DNA from: a virus
Strand: one strand, 5' to 3'
Virus record (IMG/VR): IMGVR_UViG_3300042446_001683
Length of the DNA: 64,000 bases
In this document: positions 1 to 8,873 of the stretch, in pieces
Position numbering within the stretch: the stretch's first letter is position 1
Layout of the letters: every line of letters begins with the position of its first letter
Notes under the pieces: model-generated
Told to the model about the DNA's origin: nothing
The model's database searches: none
What the model saw: the letters and a program-made list of their open reading frames with translations, nothing else
Translations under genes and position numbers: made by a program

Positions 1-1317
1 ACAAGTGGTAACTCTTTATATGGTAACCGTAACCCATCTAGCGCTACTCCATTCGCTACAACTGCTGTATCTGGTGGTTTATATGGTGGTGGTCGTTTCG
101 CTTACTCTACTAACCAATTCTCAGCTTCTTATGCTTTAACTACTGGTTCAAACTTCACTCAATCTTATGCGGCTATTGCTAACTCAGTATGGGCTGCTTT
201 AGGATATGATTCTGATTTATCTGCTTCTGTAGCTTCTGGTAACATTTGGAAATTAACATTAGGTACTTTAGGTGCAGTTTCTGCTTCTTTAGATCCAGAT
301 GGAGTTAGAGCATTTACAGTTTCTGGATCAGGTAATACTACAAACTTACTTCCAGCTAATGTATTATCTAACTACACTACTTTTGATGGTACTACTTTAA
401 CATTCTATTTGACTGGTAGTACTCAAGATCCAGGAGGTGCTATTGCCCCAGTATTATTCTACAACAAGAGAACTACTGACAACACTCGTGGTGACTTTGA
501 AGATACAGCTGCTGGAACAACTTCAGTACCTAACTCTTTAAGTAACACTAGTATTGGATCAGCAATTCCTGAGATTAACATCTCTATGCAATCTCAAGCT
601 ATTACTGCTAAGACTAAAAAGTTAAAAGCAGCATGGACTCCAGAATTTGCACAGGATTTAAACGCTTACCAAAACTTGGATGCTGAAGCTGAATTGACTA
701 ACATTATGAGCGAGTACATCTCTTTAGAGATTGATCTTGAAATCTTAGACATGTTAATCGAGGATGTTCCTTCATCTAACACTGAGTACTGGTCAGCTGT
801 TAACAACGTTACTGCTACTGCTACATCTGCTCCAACCGCAAGTTTAGGTTTCTTCAATACTCAAGGTGCTTGGTTCCAAACTCTTGGTACTAAGATTAAC
901 AAATTGAGCAACAAGATTCACCAATTAACTCTTCGTGGTGGTGCTAACTTCTTAGTAGTATCTCCAACTATTTCAACTATCTTAGAGTCAATCCCAGGAT
1001 TCGCTGCTAACAGCAATGGCGCTGAAGATATGGAATATGCATTTGGTGTACAAAAAGCTGGTCAATTTAACAGCCGCTTTACTGTTTATAAGAATCCTTA
1101 CATGACAGAAAATACTATCTTAGTAGGTTTCCGTGGTAAGCAGTTCTTAGAGGCAGGTGCTGTATTTGCTCCATATATTCCGTTGATCATGACACCTCTT
1201 ATCTACGATCCAACTACCTTCACTCCACGTAAAGGATTGTTGACTCGTTTCGCTAAGAAGATGTTACGTCCTGAATTCTATGGTAAGATCTACATAGCTG
1301 GTTTGAACACCCTATAA
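1..1317 (+). CDS. Major capsid protein, T4 gp23-like (5'-truncated by window)
   Basis: Frame 1 is open from base 1 (TSGNSLYGNRNP...), so the TTG at 409 is not the start. gp23-like motifs: KTKKLKAAWTPEFAQDLNAY, AEAELTNIMSEYISLEIDLEIL, APYIPL, FTPRKGLLTR. Confidence 0.93.
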   Translation, partial: TSGNSLYGNRNPSSATPFATTAVSGGLYGGGRFAYSTNQFSASYALTTGSNFTQSYAAIANSVWAALGYDSDLSASVASGNIWKLTLGTLGAVSASLDPDGVRAFTVSGSGNTTNLLPANVLSNYTTFDGTTLTFYLTGSTQDPGGAIAPVLFYNKRTTDNTRGDFEDTAAGTTSVPNSLSNTSIGSAIPEINISMQSQAITAKTKKLKAAWTPEFAQDLNAYQNLDAEAELTNIMSEYISLEIDLEILDMLIEDVPSSNTEYWSAVNNVTATATSAPTASLGFFNTQGAWFQTLGTKINKLSNKIHQLTLRGGANFLVVSPTISTILESIPGFAANSNGAEDMEYAFGVQKAGQFNSRFTVYKNPYMTENTILVGFRGKQFLEAGAVFAPYIPLIMTPLIYDPTTFTPRKGLLTRFAKKMLRPEFYGKIYIAGLNTL

Positions 1318-1345
1318 ACTAATCTTAGATAATATCTAACAATTG

Positions 1346-1370
1346 AGCCCAGAGTAATCTGGGCTTTTTT
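1346..1370 (+). terminator. Rho-independent terminator after capsid gene
   Basis: AGCCCAGA-GTAA-TCTGGGCT followed by a T-run. Confidence 0.85.
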
Positions 1371-1374
1371 GTTG

Positions 1375-1383
1375 ATATTTATA
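1375..1383 (+). promoter_or_regulatory. Putative late promoter motif ATATTTATA
   Basis: Recurrent intergenic 9-mer upstream of phoH. Confidence 0.65.
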
Positions 1384-1398
1384 CACAAATAATAAGTC

Positions 1399-2094
1399 AT
1401 GACAGATTTCAACCGAAGTGAGGAGGCTAAAAATATCTTTAAAGAAAAAAGAAAGCCTAAAAATCCGATTAGTTTTAAAATACAACTAAACGAAGAACAG
1501 AAAGAAGCAAAGCAAGTCATCTTAGATAATCCTGTCACACTATTAAAAGGTATGGCCGGATCAGGTAAAACATTAGTTGCTTGTCAAGTTGCTTTAGATT
1601 TAATGTTTAGAAAAGACATTGAACGAATCATCATTACCAGACCTACAGTAGCGAAAGAAGAAATAGGTTTCTTACCTGGTGACTTAAAAGAAAAAATGGA
1701 CCCATGGTTAGCTCCTATCTATGCTAACTTACATATGTTATATGATAAGACTAAAATAGAAAAAATGGTAGCAGACGGACAAATTGAAATTGTACCATTT
1801 GCATTTATGAGAGGTAGAACATTTCCTGACGCTGTAGTAATAGTAGATGAATGTCAAAACATTACTCATGGTCAAACAGAAATGATATTAGGTCGCCTTG
1901 GTAAAGGTGGTAAAATGATATTTTGTGGAGACATTACTCAAACAGACTTAAAACAAAAGAAAGATAGTGGTATTGGTTTCTTTACTCGTTTAGAAGCATC
2001 TATTAAAGGAGTAAAAGTAGTAACATTAAAAACAAACCACAGACATGAAATTGTAGAACCTATACTTGGTTTATATGCTGAGTACAGAGATTAG
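1399..2094 (+). CDS. phoH: PhoH-family ATPase
   Basis: GMAGSGKT Walker A, IGFLPGDLKEKMDPW, AFMRGRTF, DECQN, GDITQTD. Confidence 0.93.
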   Translation: MTDFNRSEEAKNIFKEKRKPKNPISFKIQLNEEQKEAKQVILDNPVTLLKGMAGSGKTLVACQVALDLMFRKDIERIIITRPTVAKEEIGFLPGDLKEKMDPWLAPIYANLHMLYDKTKIEKMVADGQIEIVPFAFMRGRTFPDAVVIVDECQNITHGQTEMILGRLGKGGKMIFCGDITQTDLKQKKDSGIGFFTRLEASIKGVKVVTLKTNHRHEIVEPILGLYAEYRD

Positions 2095-2103
2095 ATATTT
2101 ATA
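2095..2103 (+). promoter_or_regulatory. Putative late promoter motif ATATTTATA
   Basis: Recurrent motif upstream of the neck gene. Confidence 0.65.
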
Positions 2104-2116
2104 ACTAAAACACAAC

Positions 2117-3295
2117 ATGAATATTCCTATATATCCAGGTTCTAGTTCATTTTTTCCTGGTTTAACACCATTCGGATTTTATGACTATGATTATCAATTT
2201 CAAACTGATGCTGATAAAGTAGTTACCTTTGTTGCTCGTCGATTAGGATATCCTATTATGGAAGTTGAACTACAGGATTTAAACTTCTATGCAGCTTTTG
2301 AAGAAGCTATTACTACATATGGTAATGAGATCTACGCTTATCAAGCGATGGACAACATGCTAACACTAGAGGGTGCACCTGCGGATACAAGTGTAAATAA
2401 CGCGCTTATTACGCCTAATATGGCTACTATAGTACGTTTATCACAGCAATATGCTGAAGAAGCAGGAGCAGGTGGAAATGTAACTTACTATAGTGGAGCG
2501 CTAGCTTTAACACCTGGAGTCTCAACCTATAATTTAACAGAATGGGCAGTAAGCCAAAGCATATCAGGTGGAATTGAAATTAAAACTGTATTCTATCAAA
2601 ATTTACCTGCAGTTAGTCAAATGTATGCTCCATTTGGAGGATTTGGAGGACTAGGAGGAGTACCAGCAGCTGGTTTATATGGTGGAATGTATGGTGGAGG
2701 ATATGGTGGTGGGTACCTAATGATGCCAGTGGCATATGATGCTGCTGTAGTACAAGGTATAGAAATGAGTAACACAATCCGACTTTCAGCTTATACTTTT
2801 AATATTATTAACAATAAAATCACTGTATTTCCTGTACCATCAATTAATGATACTAGAGATGGATTCTTATGGTTTGAATATATTAAAGTACAAGATAGAA
2901 TAAATAATAGTATTGCTCAACCTGGAGGAAGTGCTAATAATCCTGATTATTTAGTAACAAACCCATCAAATGCTCCATATACTAATCCAACTTATAGTTT
3001 AATTAATTCTATTGGTCGTCAATGGATATTTGAGTATTGTTTAGCATTATGTAAAGAAATGTTAGGATATGTTAGAGGTAAATACTCTACAGTTCCAATT
3101 CCTGATCAAAACTTAACTTTAAACCAATCAGACTTACTATCATCAGCTACAGCTGATAAGGCAGCTTTATTAGAAAGATTAAGAGCATATTTAGGAGATA
3201 TGTCTAAAAAATCACAATTAGAAAGAAGAGCACAAGAAAGTGATTTTAGAAGACAAGAAATTAACAATGTACCAATGACTATATTTATCGGATAA
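2117..3295 (+). CDS. Neck protein, T4 gp13-like
   Basis: RRLGYPIMEVEL N-terminal motif; WIFEYCLALCKEMLGYVRGKY...TLN C-terminal motif; synteny. Confidence 0.75.
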   Translation: MNIPIYPGSSSFFPGLTPFGFYDYDYQFQTDADKVVTFVARRLGYPIMEVELQDLNFYAAFEEAITTYGNEIYAYQAMDNMLTLEGAPADTSVNNALITPNMATIVRLSQQYAEEAGAGGNVTYYSGALALTPGVSTYNLTEWAVSQSISGGIEIKTVFYQNLPAVSQMYAPFGGFGGLGGVPAAGLYGGMYGGGYGGGYLMMPVAYDAAVVQGIEMSNTIRLSAYTFNIINNKITVFPVPSINDTRDGFLWFEYIKVQDRINNSIAQPGGSANNPDYLVTNPSNAPYTNPTYSLINSIGRQWIFEYCLALCKEMLGYVRGKYSTVPIPDQNLTLNQSDLLSSATADKAALLERLRAYLGDMSKKSQLERRAQESDFRRQEINNVPMTIFIG

Positions 3296-3804
3296 TGGCA
3301 CTTTTTGGCAGCGCAAGAGATATTTCAATGTTTAGAAAAATCAACCGTGAGTTGTTAGGAGACATTATTACCCAACAAGTAGCTATATACAAATATGTTT
3401 TAGATAAAACTAAAGTAAACATGTATGGTGAAGCCTCAGGTGGTAAATTCTTTGATGGTCCGATATTATTAAATGCTTTAATTGAAGTAGCTGATAATAC
3501 GAGTCCTACAAGTGAATTTGGTGTTGATTTTGATTGGAGTATTAAAGTAGCATTTTTAAGAGATGATCTAGTAGATGCTAATGTACAGCCTGAAGTAGGT
3601 GATGTTTTCTTATATCAAGAAAGTTATTTTGAGGTAGATAATACAGTCCATACTCAATATTTCGCTGGTAAAGATCCTGATTATCCATACTCTCAAAATC
3701 CACTAAACCCAAATTTAGAAAATTTTGGGTACAATGTAAGTTTAGTTTGCAGTACCCATTACATAGCAGCAGACCGTGTTAATATTATTAAACAAAGATT
3801 ATAA
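3295..3804 (+). CDS. Neck/head-completion protein, gp14-like
   Basis: Between gp13-like and gp15-like genes; NMYGEA, FGVD, PEVGDV motifs. Confidence 0.6.
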   Translation: MALFGSARDISMFRKINRELLGDIITQQVAIYKYVLDKTKVNMYGEASGGKFFDGPILLNALIEVADNTSPTSEFGVDFDWSIKVAFLRDDLVDANVQPEVGDVFLYQESYFEVDNTVHTQYFAGKDPDYPYSQNPLNPNLENFGYNVSLVCSTHYIAADRVNIIKQRL

Positions 3805-4685
3805 TGGCTAAGCAAAGAAAAGTAACACCAAAAACACAAAGAGAAATAAGTGAGTCTTTACAAGAACCACTTACACCTGGTGGTATTGGATTTGCTCCTA
3901 CTGGTAATCCTAATGACTCTAATAATGTTAATAGAGCTAATCAAACATCCTTTAAAGATGACACTGTAAAACCATTCTCAGTAGGTTTAGAAGACTTAGA
4001 CTGGGCTGTGATGTATTATTTTCAAAATGTTATTAGACCAACAGTTAAACAAAATGATGAACTAATACCAGTTCCTATAATATATGGTTCACCTGAAAAA
4101 TGGAAATCATTCCAAAAAGATGGATATTATAGAGATTTAAATGGTAGAATAATGGCTCCATTGTTAATGTTTAAAAGAAATAATATTGATAAAAATAGAA
4201 GTGTAGCTAATAAATTAGATGCTAATCAACCTAACAATATAGCTATATCAGGTAAAAAATACAGCCAACAAAATGCTTATAGTAAATTTAACATACTAAA
4301 CGGGATTAAACCTGAGCAAACATTATACGCTACAGTTGTACCTGATTATTTAACAGTGACATATGACTGTGCTGTGTTTACTTACTATAATGAGCAATTA
4401 AATAAAATAATTGAAGCAGTTGAATACGCATCAGATGCATATTGGGGTGATCCTGAACGTTTTAAGTTTAAAACAAATGTAGACTCATTCACATCAACTG
4501 TAGAATTATCAGATACTGCTGAAAGAATAGTTAAGAGTACTTTTACTCTTAAAATGTTTGGATACATCATACCAGATACAATACAAAAAGATACTTCATT
4601 TATAGGTAAATTTTCTAATAGAAATAAATTAGTAGTGACATCTGAAGTTGTTTCAAACATTAATGATTTACCAAACAATTCATGA
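3804..4685 (+). CDS. Tail completion/sheath terminator, gp15-like
   Basis: VPIIYGSPEKW and PDYLTVTY...EQLNKIIE motifs; synteny. Confidence 0.7.
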   Translation: MAKQRKVTPKTQREISESLQEPLTPGGIGFAPTGNPNDSNNVNRANQTSFKDDTVKPFSVGLEDLDWAVMYYFQNVIRPTVKQNDELIPVPIIYGSPEKWKSFQKDGYYRDLNGRIMAPLLMFKRNNIDKNRSVANKLDANQPNNIAISGKKYSQQNAYSKFNILNGIKPEQTLYATVVPDYLTVTYDCAVFTYYNEQLNKIIEAVEYASDAYWGDPERFKFKTNVDSFTSTVELSDTAERIVKSTFTLKMFGYIIPDTIQKDTSFIGKFSNRNKLVVTSEVVSNINDLPNNS

Positions 4686-4693
4686 TATTTATA
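4685..4693 (+). promoter_or_regulatory. Putative late promoter motif ATATTTATA
   Basis: Recurrent motif. Confidence 0.6.
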
Positions 4694-4706
4694 ACAAATT
4701 AATTTT

Positions 4707-4958
4707 ATGGAAAATAAAGTTTTAACACAAGAAGAAATTCAATCTTTAAAAACAATTCAAACTAACCAATCAAATTTAGTTCAATCATTAGGGACAATAG
4801 AATATAGTATTCAACTTTTAGAATTAGATAAGCAAACTCTTAAGTTACAACTCCAAAAACAAGTTGAAGAAGAAACAAAAGTAGCTAAAGAACTTCAAGA
4901 AAAATATGGTAATGGGAATATTGATTTAGAAAAAGGAGAATTTATACCGGTCTTATAA
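4707..4958 (+). CDS. Small coiled-coil hypothetical protein
   Basis: 83 aa, heptad pattern, ends EKYGNGNIDLEKGEF. Confidence 0.6.
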   Translation: MENKVLTQEEIQSLKTIQTNQSNLVQSLGTIEYSIQLLELDKQTLKLQLQKQVEEETKVAKELQEKYGNGNIDLEKGEFIPVL

Positions 4959-4975
4959 TTTTGACAATTTTTAAG

Positions 4976-4984
4976 ATATTTATA
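4976..4984 (+). promoter_or_regulatory. Putative late promoter motif ATATTTATA
   Basis: Upstream of sheath gene. Confidence 0.65.
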
Positions 4985-5009
4985 ATAAAATCAAACACAT
5001 AACAAAAAC

Positions 5010-7208
5010 ATGGCAGAAACTTTAGTATCACCAGGTGTATTAGCAAGAGAGAATGATAGTTCATTTGTTTCTCAAGGCCCAATAACCGCAGGAGCAGCTA
5101 TTATAGGTCCAACAGTGAAAGGACCAGTAGAATTACCTACAGCTGTTACTTCATACTCACAGTTTGAGCAAATATTCGGTTCATCATTTCAAAGTGGTAG
5201 TCCTGCTCAAACATATTCTTATTTCACTTCCATAGCAGCTTATAATTACTTTAATAACGGTGGAACATCATTATTAGTAGCTCGCGTAGTGACAGGATCA
5301 TATACCTCAGCTACAGCAAGTGCCGCTAACGGTGTAACTGGAGTAGGAGGAAATTATGCTTCAGCTTCATTTACAGTATTAGGCCCATACACAGCTTCTG
5401 GAGCCGGACAAGTTTTTGGTGGAACTATTAAAATAAATGTACCAACAAACATTTCTGGAGAAACTGTTAATTATTGGTTGCAACCATCATGGGGTGGATG
5501 GCAAGAATATGACGCTGGTTCAAATACTGGATTTGTTAGTATGTCAGCTAATCCATCAATAGATGAATGGGGTGGTAAAATGGCAAACTTCATTAATAGT
5601 TCTTCTATTAATAGTGTCACAAACGAAGTATATACTTTATTCTCAGCTTCATATAACACAGGTACAGATGTTCTTACTATATGGAGTAGAACTTCAAGTT
5701 CATTATTAAATGGTACTACTGTTAGATACGGATTTGCTCCATTTAATTACATTTACGCTGGAGCTTCTGATAGTGCTTTCTCAGCAAGTGTAAGCTTAGG
5801 AGGTGGATATGCTGGAGTATTATCAACTTCATTTACTTTAGAAACTTTATCTGAAGGTATTATAATGAATAGTGATAGTACACAAGACTCAGCTGGAGCA
5901 TTACTAAGTGGATCATCAGATAATATCCGATATCAAATTGTTAACTCTAATGCTACTTCAGGAACATTTGATTTATTAATACGTCAAGGTAATGATAACA
6001 CTTTAGAGCCAACAGTATTAGAAACATGGACTAATTTATCTTTAGATCCATTCTCTACAAACTATATATCTAAAGTAATAGGAGATCAATACTATACATT
6101 ACAAACTGATAGTGGAACAGGAACAAAATATTTACAATTAACTGGTAATTATCCGAACATATCAAAATATGTGAGAGTAGGTAGTGTTAACTATACAACA
6201 CCAAACTACTTCCAAAATAACGGAACATTCAACCCAGCATATACAGCTTCTTTACCTACTAATGCAAGTGGTGCATTTGGTGGAGCTTTAGGAGATATAA
6301 AAGCTGGAGCTAATTTTTATAATGCTGTTAATGCTAGTAATACTCAAGGTTTAGTAGGAGAAAATTATGATAACATGATTGCTTTATTAGCTAACCAAGA
6401 TGATTACAAGTATAATGTAATATTAACTCCTGGTTTGTATGATGCAGGTTATACTTCTCAAGTAACAAATATTATAACTAATACTCAAAACAGAGGAGAT
6501 GCTATTTATGTAATTGACCCAGTAGCTTATGGTGCAGGAAGTGTTACTACAGTTACAGCTCAAGCTGCTACTAGAAATACATCATATGCTGCTGAATACT
6601 GGCCATGGTGTCAAATTCAAGACCCAGCAACTGGACAAAACGTTTGGGTACCAGCTTCAACATTAATAGGTGGAGTTTATGCTTATAATGATAATGTTTC
6701 TGAGCCATGGTTCGCACCAGCAGGTATAAACAGAGGTGGATTATCTCAAGTAATTAGAGCTGAAAGACGTTTACCACAAGGTGATAGAGATACTTTATAT
6801 ACTGGAAAAGTAAACCCAATAGCTACATTCCCAGGAACTGGAGTAGTAGTATACGGACAAAAGACATTACAAACAAGAGCAAGTGCTTTAGATCGTGTAA
6901 ATGTTCGTCGTCTATTAATCGCTCTTAAGAACTATATCTCTCAAGTTGCTAATAACTTAGTATTTGAACAAAATACAGCTGCTACAAGAAATAACTTCTT
7001 AGCACAAGTTAACCCATACTTAGAGTCAGTTCAACAAAGACAAGGATTGTATGCTTTCCGAGTAATAATGGATGATAGTAATAATACTCCAACAGTAATT
7101 GATCAAAATCAAATGGTAGGACAAATTTATTTACAACCTACTAAAACTGCTGAATTTATTTACTTAGATTTCAATATTACACCAACTGGAGCAACTTTCC
7201 CAGCATAA
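5010..7208 (+). CDS. Tail sheath protein, gp18-like
   Basis: SPGVLAREND, WFAPAGINRG, GQKTLQ..SALDRVNVRRLL, PTKTAEFI. Confidence 0.95.
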   Translation: MAETLVSPGVLARENDSSFVSQGPITAGAAIIGPTVKGPVELPTAVTSYSQFEQIFGSSFQSGSPAQTYSYFTSIAAYNYFNNGGTSLLVARVVTGSYTSATASAANGVTGVGGNYASASFTVLGPYTASGAGQVFGGTIKINVPTNISGETVNYWLQPSWGGWQEYDAGSNTGFVSMSANPSIDEWGGKMANFINSSSINSVTNEVYTLFSASYNTGTDVLTIWSRTSSSLLNGTTVRYGFAPFNYIYAGASDSAFSASVSLGGGYAGVLSTSFTLETLSEGIIMNSDSTQDSAGALLSGSSDNIRYQIVNSNATSGTFDLLIRQGNDNTLEPTVLETWTNLSLDPFSTNYISKVIGDQYYTLQTDSGTGTKYLQLTGNYPNISKYVRVGSVNYTTPNYFQNNGTFNPAYTASLPTNASGAFGGALGDIKAGANFYNAVNASNTQGLVGENYDNMIALLANQDDYKYNVILTPGLYDAGYTSQVTNIITNTQNRGDAIYVIDPVAYGAGSVTTVTAQAATRNTSYAAEYWPWCQIQDPATGQNVWVPASTLIGGVYAYNDNVSEPWFAPAGINRGGLSQVIRAERRLPQGDRDTLYTGKVNPIATFPGTGVVVYGQKTLQTRASALDRVNVRRLLIALKNYISQVANNLVFEQNTAATRNNFLAQVNPYLESVQQRQGLYAFRVIMDDSNNTPTVIDQNQMVGQIYLQPTKTAEFIYLDFNITPTGATFPA

Positions 7209-7223
7209 AGATTAATTATATAG

Positions 7224-7232
7224 ATATTTATA
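7224..7232 (+). promoter_or_regulatory. Putative late promoter motif ATATTTATA
   Basis: Upstream of tube gene. Confidence 0.65.
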
Positions 7233-7246
7233 ATAAATAAAAAGAC

Positions 7247-7735
7247 ATGGCAATATTAGACGCAAACGAAATATTCTTCACAGCCTTTGAACCAAAACAG
7301 GCTAACAGATTCATCCTTTATATGGATGGTATTCCTAGCTATATAGTTAAAGGAGTAAACGCTGTAACACTGACTCAAGGTGAAGTAACATTGAACCATA
7401 TTAACGTATACAGAAAAGTTAAAGGAAAAACAACTTGGGGTAACATTCAAATGACATTATTTGACCCAATTACACCTTCCGGAGCTCAATCAGTAATGGA
7501 ATGGGTTCGTTTACATCACGAATCAGTAACAGGTAGAGATGGATACTCTGACTTCTATAAAAAGGATTTAGTACTAGATGTATTAGGACCTGTAGGTGAT
7601 GTAGTAAGTGAATGGATTATTAAAGGTGCCCTTATAACTGAAGCTAACTTTGGTGATTATAGTTGGGATACAGAAAACCAAGCAGTGAATATACAATTAA
7701 CATTGACAATGGATTACTGCGTATTAAACTTCTAA
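7247..7735 (+). CDS. Tail tube protein, gp19-like
   Basis: 162 aa directly after sheath; NRF, GKTTW, EWV, YKKD, EW..KGA motifs. Confidence 0.88.
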   Translation: MAILDANEIFFTAFEPKQANRFILYMDGIPSYIVKGVNAVTLTQGEVTLNHINVYRKVKGKTTWGNIQMTLFDPITPSGAQSVMEWVRLHHESVTGRDGYSDFYKKDLVLDVLGPVGDVVSEWIIKGALITEANFGDYSWDTENQAVNIQLTLTMDYCVLNF

Positions 7736-7756
7736 TCTCAAAATCATATTTTAAAA

Positions 7757-7787
7757 GAGCTCGCATATTTTGCGAGCTTCTTTTTTT
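7757..7787 (+). terminator. Rho-independent terminator after tube gene
   Basis: AGCTCGCA-TATTT-TGCGAGCT then TCTTTTTTT. Confidence 0.85.
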
Positions 7788-7792
7788 CTTAT

Positions 7793-7801
7793 ATATTTAT
7801 A
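7793..7801 (+). promoter_or_regulatory. Putative late promoter motif ATATTTATA
   Basis: Directly after the terminator, upstream of 7832. Confidence 0.6.
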
Positions 7802-7831
7802 TATGATATCAAGTTATAACTAATAAAAGCT

Positions 7832-8563
7832 ATGAGCGAAAATAAATTAAACATTCCAACAGAAGTTGTTGAACTTCCATCATTAGGATTAATCTATCCT
7901 GAATCATCACCATTATCAAGTGGTAAAATTGAAATGAAATATATGACGGCTAGAGAAGAAGATATTCTTACTAACCAAAACTATATATCAAAAGGAACAG
8001 TACTAGACAAATTAATGCAATCACTTATAGTCTCAGATATAAATTATGATGAGTTATGTGTTGGTGACAAAAACGCTGTTATGGTAGCTGCCCGTGTATT
8101 AGGATACGGTAAAGATTACTCAGTAACATATGGTGGTGAACAATATATTATTGACTTATCATTATTAGATAATAAATCATTAGATAAGAAATTATTTAAA
8201 AAAGGAGTAAACGAATTTGATTTTACTTTACCTCATACTAATACTCCTATTACATTTAAACTTTTAACTCATGGTGATGAAAAGAAAATTAGCCAAGAAA
8301 TCGAAGGTTTAAAGAAAATCAATAAAGACACCTCACCAGAATTATCTACTCGTTTAAAATACATAATTACATCAGTAAATGGTGATCGTGAATTAAAAAC
8401 AATTAGAGAATTTGTTGATAATTACTTATTAGCTCGTGATTCAAGAGCGTTAAGAGAATATATTAGACAAGTTCAACCTGATGTTGATTTAACATTTACT
8501 ACAAATGATGGAGAGGAGGCTATCATTCCAATCAATTTAAACTTTTTTTGGCCTGACATCTGA
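7832..8563 (+). CDS. Baseplate hub assembly / tail chaperone protein, gp26-like
   Basis: ELPSLG, MTAREEDIL, GDKNAVMVAARVLGYG; ends NFFWPDI; between tube and tape measure. Confidence 0.72.
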   Translation: MSENKLNIPTEVVELPSLGLIYPESSPLSSGKIEMKYMTAREEDILTNQNYISKGTVLDKLMQSLIVSDINYDELCVGDKNAVMVAARVLGYGKDYSVTYGGEQYIIDLSLLDNKSLDKKLFKKGVNEFDFTLPHTNTPITFKLLTHGDEKKISQEIEGLKKINKDTSPELSTRLKYIITSVNGDRELKTIREFVDNYLLARDSRALREYIRQVQPDVDLTFTTNDGEEAIIPINLNFFWPDI

Positions 8564-8834
8564 TAACATCTCTGTAGTAAGAGCTAATTTATTTATTCAA
8601 ATTCATGAAATTGTTTTTCATGGTCAAGGTGGATATGATTGGGATACTATATATAACATGCCTTCATGGTTACGTAAGTTTACATTCAATCGAATACAAA
8701 CTTATTATAAAGAACAAAATAACGAACAGAATGAAGATTTAGCATCTCAATCTAAAAAGATAAAAGAAGGTAAAGTTGATTTACCATCTCATTTTAAAGG
8801 AAAAATAGATAATAAAAAAATAGCCAAGTATTAA
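8541..8834 (+). CDS. Hidden +1-frame ORF (gp51-like / lambda gpT-like chaperone extension), probably expressed by frameshift
   Basis: Open frame TFFGLTSDNISVVRANLFIQIHEIVFHGQGGYDWDTIYNMPSWLRKFTFNRIQ...IAKY*; overlaps the T7 run at 8543-8549; first in-frame ATG only at 8658; absent from ORF track. Confidence 0.7.
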   Translation, partial: TFFGLTSDNISVVRANLFIQIHEIVFHGQGGYDWDTIYNMPSWLRKFTFNRIQTYYKEQNNEQNEDLASQSKKIKEGKVDLPSHFKGKIDNKKIAKY

Positions 8835-8847
8835 AACTTGGCTTTTT
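8822..8847 (+). terminator. Rho-independent terminator
   Basis: AGCCAAGT-ATTAAA-ACTTGGCT-TTTT overlapping the stop of the hidden ORF. Confidence 0.7.
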
Positions 8848-8873
8848 CTATATTTATTACATATATCTAAATT

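Noticed and set aside
409-1317. ORF-track start of the capsid gene at TTG 409
   Set aside because: The frame is open from base 1; the gene starts upstream of the window
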